Below are positions 16,139-24,776 of a DNA stretch of 24,776 bases, piece by piece. The stretch's first letter is position 1; every line of letters begins with the position of its first letter. The notes beneath the pieces were generated by a model that worked only from the letters and a program-made list of their open reading frames with translations, did no database searches and was not told the DNA's origin. This stretch comes from an uncultured Paludibacter sp. (GTDB taxonomy: Bacteria > Bacteroidota > Bacteroidia > Bacteroidales > Paludibacteraceae), in assembly GCA_964412435.1 (NCBI GenBank), contig CAYPPC010000003.1:7634-32409 (forward strand). Reading direction: 5' to 3'. Made by a program: the position numbers and the translations under genes.

Positions 16139-17329
16139 CTAACTCTCCCCCTGCACATTTTTCAGGTTCGGCAGAAAATAGGCAACCAAGCCTAAAAGTG
16201 GTAGAAAAGCGGTGATATGGTAAACAAAATTGACGCTTGTTAAATCAGCCACAAAACCCAGCACGGCAGAACCCAAGCCACCCATCCCAAAGGCAAAACC
16301 ATAAAACAGTCCGGAAACCATACCTAACTTTTTGGGCAACAGTTCCTGTGCATAGACAATAATTGCCGGGAAGGCTGATGAAATGATCAGGCCAATCAGA
16401 ACAATAAATATAGCTGTGAAAGTCTCATCCAGATAAGGCAGGGCAAGCGTAAAAGGCGCAGCACCCAAAATGGAGAACCAGATCACCGGCTTACGTCCAA
16501 AACGGTCACCAAAATAGCCGCCCAAAAGTGTGCCTAATGCAGATGCAATCAGGAAATAGAAAAGATAGACCTGAGCTCTTACCTCGGTAAAGTGGAATTT
16601 ATCCAGCGTATAAAACTGAAAATAGCTGGTGATACTGGCGGTGTAGAAAAATTTCGAGAAAATCAGAATCAACAGAATAGCTACCGACATTTTGATTTTT
16701 CGGGATGGAAAATTGGGAGGATTGATTACTTTCTGCTTCGAATTTTGTGAGAATCTGATAACCTGCCTGCGCCAGATACCGATAAAAACCAAAATAGCCA
16801 TCGCAACCAGAGCTACGCTTAAAAACCAGATAATATGTTGCTGTCCATTCGGAATAACAATCAGAGCCACTAAAAGCGGCGAAAGCGCCACACCGGTATT
16901 TCCGCCAATTTGAAAAATCGATTGCGCCAGGCTGCGCTTGCCTCCTGATGCCAGAAAAGCAATTCGCGCAGACTCCGGATGAAAAACCGATGAACCGATG
17001 CCCACCAGCGTAACACCAAATAAAATCCACAAATACGACGGCGCAAAAGCCAGTGTCACAATACCCAGAGAGGAGAAAAACATCCCAACAACCTGCGAAA
17101 AAGGTTTAGGGTTTTTATCTGTATAAAAGCCCACCAGCGGCTGAAATATCGATGCTGACAGCTGAAAGCAGAGGGTGATAATCCCAATCTGAGCCATCGA
17201 CAAACTGAATTTTTGTTCTAATTGCGGATATATGGCTGGTATAATGCCCTGAATCAAATCATTTAGCACATAGGCAAGTGATACAGCTATAAGAACAGGA
17301 TAAGCGGTCCTTTTCAAATCAATTTTCAA
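16139..17329 (-). CDS. fsr: MFS transporter, Fsr (fosmidomycin-resistance)-like
   Basis: LNDLIQ, QPLVGFYTD, GSSVFHPES, GGKRSLAQSIFQIGGNTG, DRFGRK, VYAQEL, GLFYGFAFGMGGLG; TTG start. Confidence 0.88.
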   Translation of the reverse strand: MKIDLKRTAYPVLIAVSLAYVLNDLIQGIIPAIYPQLEQKFSLSMAQIGIITLCFQLSASIFQPLVGFYTDKNPKPFSQVVGMFFSSLGIVTLAFAPSYLWILFGVTLVGIGSSVFHPESARIAFLASGGKRSLAQSIFQIGGNTGVALSPLLVALIVIPNGQQHIIWFLSVALVAMAILVFIGIWRRQVIRFSQNSKQKVINPPNFPSRKIKMSVAILLILIFSKFFYTASITSYFQFYTLDKFHFTEVRAQVYLFYFLIASALGTLLGGYFGDRFGRKPVIWFSILGAAPFTLALPYLDETFTAIFIVLIGLIISSAFPAIIVYAQELLPKKLGMVSGLFYGFAFGMGGLGSAVLGFVADLTSVNFVYHITAFLPLLGLVAYFLPNLKNVQGES

Positions 17330-17380
17330 AATACAATTTTCTTAACAGGGATTACTAAAACCTTCTTTTCAAAATTCCGG

Positions 17381-17388
17381 CAAAGATA
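17381..17388 (-). promoter_or_regulatory. Bacteroidetes -7 element (TATCTTTGCC) for fsr
   Basis: Exact TAnnTTTG match about 50 nt upstream of the start; a TTTG lies 23 nt further upstream. Confidence 0.55.
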
Positions 17389-17632
17389 AGCATTTTCATT
17401 ATAGCTCTACTCAAAGTGAACTTACCAAAGAGCTGTTTTGCCGACATTATCTTCTAACAACAGAGCCTGCTCCATTGTTGTAAGATCCAGAGCTATTTTG
17501 ATTATTGCTAATGGTTTGAATGAAAGTCCGTAATTGCAGGCTATCGCAGTAGCCTATCCTGATTTCCCAATTGTGCAAGTACTACCTGCACAGTTTCCAT
17601 TCAATTAATTTCTTTTTATAAAAAACTATTTC

Positions 17633-17640
17633 TACATTTG
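17633..17640 (+). promoter_or_regulatory. Bacteroidetes -7 element (TACATTTG) for the CxxC gene pair
   Basis: Exact TAnnTTTG match 20 nt upstream of ATG 17661. Confidence 0.45.
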
Positions 17641-17660
17641 GCCAATAAATCCTTTTAAGT

Positions 17661-17978
17661 ATGAAAAAGAAATTCTCATGCCCCAACTGCGGACAAAAAC
17701 AAGCGGTAAAGAAAGTATGGGCTGTACGTCACAACAACTCCTGGCAGTGCAAATCGTGTAAGCACGAAATAAAACCAATTATTCCAAGAAATTACGGCGG
17801 ATATTATGGTTTTCTTGCCGGTGTGTTAGTTATATTCCCTACTCTATACATCAACCGGATTTACGATCTTAGTTTCTGGCAAAGTATGGGTATCGCATTG
17901 ATTTTTGGTCTTATCGGTTTAGTGATTGCTCTAAGCCATATCTATTACACAACCTGGTTTGAGGGTGTAGAGAAATAG
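17661..17978 (+). CDS. Small CxxC-x19-CxxC zinc-ribbon membrane protein (cxxc_20_cxxc-like), copy 1
   Basis: CPNC-19aa-CKSC followed by two hydrophobic helices. Confidence 0.75.
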   Translation: MKKKFSCPNCGQKQAVKKVWAVRHNNSWQCKSCKHEIKPIIPRNYGGYYGFLAGVLVIFPTLYINRIYDLSFWQSMGIALIFGLIGLVIALSHIYYTTWFEGVEK

Positions 17979-18017
17979 TTCAAAGAAAAACATCTAATTT
18001 ATCAAACCTTTTGTATT

Positions 18018-18332
18018 ATGAAAAACAGATTCTTATGCCCCAACTGCCAAAGCAAACAAGCAGTGAAATGGCTTTTTACTCTATCCAAAACCGCCTCCTG
18101 GAAGTGCAGTAATTGCAATAACACTATAAAACCAAAGAATCCGCCCAAATATCCTGAGCTGTACGGATTAATTGGAGTATTAACATTGGTAGGCTTTCCC
18201 TTTTACTCCACTTATATCCTGGATTTCTCTTTCATAGAAACAGTAATTTTGGCATTGACATTCGGTGCTTCAGCGCTTCTTATTTTATGGATTTACACCT
18301 ACCTGACAACGGTATTAGACAAGGTAGAGTAA
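18018..18332 (+). CDS. Small CxxC-x19-CxxC zinc-ribbon membrane protein, copy 2 (paralog)
   Basis: CPNC-19aa-CSNC followed by two hydrophobic helices; 27 of the first 30 nt are identical to copy 1. Confidence 0.75.
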   Translation: MKNRFLCPNCQSKQAVKWLFTLSKTASWKCSNCNNTIKPKNPPKYPELYGLIGVLTLVGFPFYSTYILDFSFIETVILALTFGASALLILWIYTYLTTVLDKVE

Positions 18333-18339
18333 ATTTGCA
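18330..18339 (+). promoter_or_regulatory. Bacteroidetes -7 element (TAAATTTGCA) for the YjbR/MmcQ gene
   Basis: Exact TAnnTTTG match overlapping the stop codon of copy 2. Confidence 0.5.
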
Positions 18340-18372
18340 GTTCGTTTTTTCTACCGTTAAATCATGACATGT

Positions 18373-18726
18373 ATGAATATAGAAGAACTACGTGATTTTT
18401 GTCTGTCGCTGAAAGGCGCCGAAGAGTCCATGCCTTTCGATGACAGAATTCTGGTGTTTTCCGTACGGAAAAAAATGTTTTGTTCCACTGATATCACCCG
18501 CTACGATCGGATAAACGTAAAGTGCGACCCCGAAAAAGCGATTGAGCTGCGGGAGCAGTATCCCGACGTACAGCCCGGTTATCATATGAATAAAAAACAC
18601 TGGAATAGCATTCAAACCGAGGGAAGCATCTCACGCAAACAACTTCAAACATGGATTACTGACTCTTATAATCTGGTTGTTTCCGGCCTTCCAAGGAAAA
18701 TACGGGAAGAACTGAATGAAGAGTAG
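18373..18726 (+). CDS. MmcQ/YjbR family protein
   Basis: MNIEELRDFCLSLKGAEESMPFDDRILVF, NVKCDPE, LREQY..VQPGYHMNKKHWNSI, SYNLV. Start set at the second Met. Confidence 0.9.
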   Translation: MNIEELRDFCLSLKGAEESMPFDDRILVFSVRKKMFCSTDITRYDRINVKCDPEKAIELREQYPDVQPGYHMNKKHWNSIQTEGSISRKQLQTWITDSYNLVVSGLPRKIREELNEE

Positions 18727-18767
18727 AAAACAGCATTAAAACCACAAAACAATGTATTTTTTTTATA

Positions 18768-18852
18768 GCCACTAAAAACACAAAGAAGGGAATTATTTAG
18801 TAGTTTTAGTTTTCATTGAAAAAACTTTCGTAAGTTTTGTGTTTTTCGTGGC
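18768..18852. repeat. REP/MITE-like palindromic element with 17-bp terminal inverted repeats
   Basis: GCCACTAAAAACACAAA (18768-18784) versus TTTGTGTTTTTCGTGGC (18836-18852), 16/17 complementary; nested inverted repeat AAAACTT-tcgt-AAGTTTT. Confidence 0.55.
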
Positions 18853-18857
18853 AGAAA

Positions 18858-18897
18858 ACACAAAAACTCCCGCAAAGCAAAATCTCTGCGGGAGTTT
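18858..18897 (-). terminator. Intrinsic terminator downstream of FTCD (probably bidirectional)
   Basis: Perfect 11-bp stem AAACTCCCGCA (18864-18874) / TGCGGGAGTTT (18887-18897), with a T-rich tail on the minus strand. Confidence 0.8.
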
Positions 18898-18920
18898 CAT
18901 TTATAAGTTGAACTTTTGAA

Positions 18921-20630
18921 TTACTGTTCCACAGTTAGGCGCTCCTTCACAATGGCAAGAATCACCTGCTCGCGTGCCATCACATCTTTCTCAATTGCTT
19001 CGGCTTCGGCAATCAACCGAGCCGCCACCTCTTTATCTTTCAGGTCCAGACCGTTGATACGCACATTCATTCCGGCGCCCAGCACGGCTGTACGCACTGC
19101 CAGCGCTCCCACACCGGCATCTGAGATGGAGTTGGGATTACCTTTTTCCACCATGGCCTCAATCACTTCCATGGCTGCGGAGGCGGTACGCATCACTTGC
19201 AAAGGTACCTCCATAGCATATTGTGTAGCCTGCTGAATGGCTTCGGCGCGTGCCTGCTGCTCCTCTTCTGTAGATTTAGGCAAGCCAAATGCCGCCACAA
19301 TACCGTTGTAAGAGTTGGTATCTTCATCTACCAAGAAAAGTAGTTTCTCCTGAATCTCCTTGCCTTTTTCGGCCCACTCAGAAAACTCTTCCCAGCGGTC
19401 ATCCCAACCGCGCTTATGCGACGAGAGGTTGGCCACCATCGTGCCCAGTCCGGTCCCCATAGCACCCACCGCAGCAGATACTGAACCGCCACCCGGAGTT
19501 ACGCTATCCGAAGCAGTTTTATGCACAAACTGCTCAATGCTTAAATCAACCAGCTTCTTTTCTGCGCTGTCTTCGATCAGATACTCGATAATTTTCTTCC
19601 TCGGATCGAAAGGACCCAGCTCATCCAGGCCCATCGATTTGATGGCAATTTTTATAATCTCCTCATCGGCAATACCGATAGAACGTTTCTGCTTTTTCAG
19701 ATAATAGCGTCCGGCCTCCAGCATGGTCTGCAGCGGCACAATTCCCACTAATTCCGAACCGGTAACATGAACACCGCGCACCTCTGCACGCTCCCGCGCA
19801 TTTTCAAAAACCATATGCATCGGTGCCACCTCCGTGTCAGTAATATTGAATGAGAGCTGAGACACGCCGTACTCTTCGATGTACCAGCCAATCCCTTTCA
19901 CCCCTTTCATCAGGCCCGGCGTATACACCGGATTACCCTTTTCGTCGCGCACAATTTTTCCGGTCAGCGGATTGCCTTCGCGCTTGATGCGTCCCTTTTC
20001 ACGGATGTCAAAAGCAATGGCATTGGCCCAGCGGGTGGAGGTGGTATTGAGGTTGATATTGTATGCAATCAGAATGTTACGTGCACTGATGGCAGTTGCT
20101 CCTGAGCGGCGTGCAGTTTCGGTAAAAGATGCCGGACCAAAATCGGGTTTCCACGCCGGATCGCTCAGTTTTTTGGGCAAACCTTCATACTCACCGGCAC
20201 GGCAGGCAGCCAGGTTACGGCGCTTCTCTTCGGTGGCGGCAAATTCATAGAAGTACCCCGGAATTCCCAGCTCATCACCAATCCGTTTTCCCAGTGCGCG
20301 GGCATACTCCACAGTCTCCTCCATGCTGATATTTTTGATAGGAATCAGCGGCAGCACATCCGTGGCACCAAAGCGGGGATGCTCTCCCTTGTGCTTGCTC
20401 ATGTCGATCAGCTCTGAAGCTTTTTTCACAGCCAAGAATGCTGCATCACACACCGGTGCCGGCTCCCCCACAAAAGTTACCACTGTGCGGTTAGTAGCCT
20501 TTCCCGGGTCCACATCAAGCACTTTTACGCCATCCACAGAGTTAATTTCATCTACAATCTGCTGAATAACATCCAAATTTACCCCTTCACTAAAATTGGG
20601 TACACACTCCAAAAGTTGTCTCTCTTTCAT
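18921..20630 (-). CDS. ftcD: Bifunctional glutamate formimidoyltransferase / formimidoyltetrahydrofolate cyclodeaminase
   Basis: LLECVPNFSEG, DPGKATNRTVVTF, GEHPRFGATDV, GSELVG; C-terminal TPGGGSVSA, DEDT and SDAGV. Confidence 0.95.
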   Translation of the reverse strand: MKERQLLECVPNFSEGVNLDVIQQIVDEINSVDGVKVLDVDPGKATNRTVVTFVGEPAPVCDAAFLAVKKASELIDMSKHKGEHPRFGATDVLPLIPIKNISMEETVEYARALGKRIGDELGIPGYFYEFAATEEKRRNLAACRAGEYEGLPKKLSDPAWKPDFGPASFTETARRSGATAISARNILIAYNINLNTTSTRWANAIAFDIREKGRIKREGNPLTGKIVRDEKGNPVYTPGLMKGVKGIGWYIEEYGVSQLSFNITDTEVAPMHMVFENARERAEVRGVHVTGSELVGIVPLQTMLEAGRYYLKKQKRSIGIADEEIIKIAIKSMGLDELGPFDPRKKIIEYLIEDSAEKKLVDLSIEQFVHKTASDSVTPGGGSVSAAVGAMGTGLGTMVANLSSHKRGWDDRWEEFSEWAEKGKEIQEKLLFLVDEDTNSYNGIVAAFGLPKSTEEEQQARAEAIQQATQYAMEVPLQVMRTASAAMEVIEAMVEKGNPNSISDAGVGALAVRTAVLGAGMNVRINGLDLKDKEVAARLIAEAEAIEKDVMAREQVILAIVKERLTVEQ

Positions 20631-20925
20631 TGTCTCTTGTCTTTGTTTTTCAAAAAAATATTATGATTTAAATAAGTTTTAATAGCTCTGCCGGAGATCT
20701 GCTCCCGGGTAAAATCAAAAGATTTTAAGTCACCTGTTTCCGGTCTGAAAATTTCTCCACAAATATCGAAAAAATATTTCACATCTGCCCTATTCGGGCA
20801 ATGAAGATAGCAGCTCTTTTTCGAAGATTTCTAAAAATCATCCATCTTTTGCACCGAATCAGCAGCAAACCCCATAAAGCTACAAAAATAAGATGAAAAA
20901 AGCGAAGAAAGGGAACTACATTCTA

Positions 20926-20953
20926 CCAAAAAAGGCGAAAATAAATTTCGCCT
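20926..20953 (-). terminator. Intrinsic terminator of the ECF operon
   Basis: Minus strand AGGCGAAA-TTTAT-TTTCGCCT followed by a run of T, 24 nt after the stop at 20978. Confidence 0.75.
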
Positions 20954-20977
20954 CTTCTGATGTATAATGTTTTTTTG

Positions 20978-21292
20978 CTAACTATAAAGATACTCTTTCC
21001 CTTTATGATAGAACCAGATCAAAATAACTGCAAAAACCAAGTAGTAAATCCCGATCAGATAAATCAATGGGGTATTTTCAATCCAGCTGTAGAGGTCGTT
21101 CAGCAACAGCCTGAAATCTGTCAGTAGCGAAACCACCAGAACGCCTAACAATGTAAACAGCGGTGTGATGTACCAGTAACTTTTTTTCTCCGGCAATTGC
21201 TGCATCACCCGGTTCGTAAAATCATTATCCTCTATCTCTTTGCGGTGACTGTTCAGGAAGTCTGTCACCCTTTTTTCATCACTCTTTTCCAT
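20978..21292 (-). CDS. Small membrane protein, DUF5056-like putative anti-sigma factor
   Basis: FL.SHRKEIEDNDFTNRVMQQLP followed by two TM helices; overlaps the sigma gene stop. Start is 21292 or 21301. Confidence 0.75.
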   Translation of the reverse strand: MEKSDEKRVTDFLNSHRKEIEDNDFTNRVMQQLPEKKSYWYITPLFTLLGVLVVSLLTDFRLLLNDLYSWIENTPLIYLIGIYYLVFAVILIWFYHKGKEYLYS

Positions 21293-21824
21293 ATCCTTCA
21301 TTTTTAAGAAAATTGGCCAGTTTTATTTTAGCGTTCGAAATATTCGTCTTCACAGTACCCAGCGGAAGATCCATAATGGCAGCTGCCTCTTTGTGAGTCA
21401 TCTCCTCCATATAACAAAGCAGAATGGCGGCTCGTTCATTTTCATTCAACACCTGCATGGCGGTGTAAATATCGTAATTTTCTGATGAAAAGCCACTGCT
21501 TTCACGAAAACTTTGATCAATCTGGTCACTTTTCATCTCTTCTGTCGGCTTTTCAGCCCGTTTGGCATCATAAAACTGATTGTAAGCTATCCGGAAAAGC
21601 CAGGTGGGGAAAGCGGAAATACCCCGGAAAGAACGGATATTGAGATAGGCTTTGATAAAGGTCTCCTGCGCCAAATCATCCGCTAAGGCATCATTACCCG
21701 AGGTGAGATTGAGCAGAAAACGGCGCAGCGACGACTGGTACTTCCGGACCAAACGGTCGAAAGCGCTTCGGTCGTCGCTAATCACCACGCGTGATATCAA
21801 AAGTAAATCTTCCGCTTTACTCAT
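21279..21824 (-). CDS. ECF-type RNA polymerase sigma factor
   Basis: AFDRLVRKYQ, ADDLAQETFIKAY, FPTWLFRIAYN (region 2); region 4 THKEAAAIMDLPLGTVKTNI. Start at ATG 21824 overlaps the upstream TAA. Confidence 0.93.
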   Translation of the reverse strand: MSKAEDLLLISRVVISDDRSAFDRLVRKYQSSLRRFLLNLTSGNDALADDLAQETFIKAYLNIRSFRGISAFPTWLFRIAYNQFYDAKRAEKPTEEMKSDQIDQSFRESSGFSSENYDIYTAMQVLNENERAAILLCYMEEMTHKEAAAIMDLPLGTVKTNISNAKIKLANFLKNEGYGKE

Positions 21825-22418
21825 TGCTCTCGCTCTTCTCCTCTTTAGGTCTCTCAATAATCCACGCCACCAATCTGCCTAAGCCTACAAACCCGACGAT
21901 GGAAGCAAAATATAATCCACCGTTACCGGTTACATATCCGATAAAAAGAAATGCAATACCTAAAGCTAACATCACTAATGCAGATGAAAGCGATGATTTT
22001 TCCGCCGGTTTTGCGCTGCCTAATTCTTCAAATATCTTCTCCGGCAAGGCTTGTCCCGTTTCAGAGCTTTCATATAAATCTCATGTCTCAGCAGGTCACG
22101 TTGTTTTTTTGCCCGGTTGTTGAAATAATTCATCAGTACTACGCCCATAAAAATAATAAAGAGGGGCAGCACCACAGACAAAAGAAGTGATACGGCAATT
22201 ATTGTTTCAGCATCATTGCCTTTGCGGACCTCACCGATACGTGTATCAATTAACTTTTCCATATTTCCGGTCAGCTCATCCAATAAGCTGTTTTCTGTTG
22301 TTACAGTTTCTACAACTGCAGAGTCACTGCTCTCAGCTACAGGATTGGCAAATGCGCGCTGTGTTCCGGCTCCCGCTATCAGCAGCAGGCTCATCAAAAG
22401 AATTTGAATTTTTCTCAT
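21817..22418 (-). pseudogene. DUF6249-like membrane protein gene split by a 1-nt frameshift near 22059-22062 (true pseudogene or sequencing error)
   Basis: ORFs 22020-22418 and 21817-22047 join into one 200-aa protein (...IYMKAL-E/K-TGQALPEKIFEEL...) if one base is added at ctg^aaacggga. Confidence 0.75.
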
Positions 22419-22465
22419 GGGTCTAAAATTTTATTGAATTTGTAAATATAATGCTTGTTTGTCTA

Positions 22466-22494
22466 TTAGACGAAACACAGCACCTGTTTGGATT
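22466..22494 (-). promoter_or_regulatory. Candidate ECF-type promoter AATCC-N17-CGTCTAA upstream of the DUF6249-sigma operon
   Basis: Minus strand taAATCCaaacaggtgctgtgtttCGTCTAA; the CGTC -10 element and 17-nt spacer are typical of ECF promoters. Confidence 0.45.
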
Positions 22495-22571
22495 TAAAAA
22501 TCCGGTATTTTCTCACAATTCATCTAAACAGTCCGGCAAAAGGGCAAAAAAGATATCGAACCAAAATGTTG

Positions 22572-22579
22572 TATCTTTG
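22572..22579 (+). promoter_or_regulatory. Bacteroidetes -7 element (TATCTTTG) for copA
   Basis: Exact TAnnTTTG match about 40 nt upstream of ATG 22619. Confidence 0.55.
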
Positions 22580-22618
22580 TTCTTATTATAATATAGGCAA
22601 TAGCTCATAACAAGAGAA

Positions 22619-24776
<2,158 letters not shown>

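Noticed and set aside
19900-20010. Apparent insertion KREGNPLTGKIVRDEKGNPVYTPG in FTCD
   Set aside because: As I recall, this is a normal feature of Bacteroidetes FTCD proteins; no intein or intron hallmarks.
20700-20780. Short AT-rich inverted repeats upstream of ftcD (AAAATC-N4-GATTTT; AAATAT-N7-ATATTT) as a hut operator
   Set aside because: Six-bp AT-rich arms are expected by chance, and I cannot match them to a known operator.
21825-21857. N-terminal extension MRDLKRRRARA of the sigma ORF
   Set aside because: Lies inside the upstream gene in another frame; the ATG at 21824 overlapping the upstream stop is the natural start.

Overview
Bacteroidales-type DNA (inferred from TAnnTTTG promoter elements and the gene set) in three blocks. 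(1) 164-4493 (+): an AT-rich accessory cassette. It holds a His-rich DUF6915-like gene, an overlapping acidic hypothetical gene, and a single-chain Type IIG/ISP-like restriction-modification enzyme with an AT-rich specificity segment. (2) 4666-15653 (-): a 13-gene lysine-fermentation operon, atoD-kal-kce-kdd-kamA-kamB-kamD-kamE-atoA-thiolase-MaoC-SDR. It has no kamC, and its tail is a thiolase / (R)-enoyl-CoA hydratase / NAD-type SDR module instead of the usual bcd-etf-crt-hbd butyrate module. (3) 16139-24776: an Fsr-like MFS transporter, two tandem CxxC-x19-CxxC membrane paralogs, a YjbR/MmcQ protein, FTCD, a three-gene ECF sigma locus whose first gene is frameshifted, and a Cu+ P1B-ATPase that runs off the right edge and is missing from the ORF track. 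The best candidates for undescribed biology are the rewired lysine pathway and the DUF6915-pair plus RM cassette. All family names come from motif recognition or recall, not from database searches.
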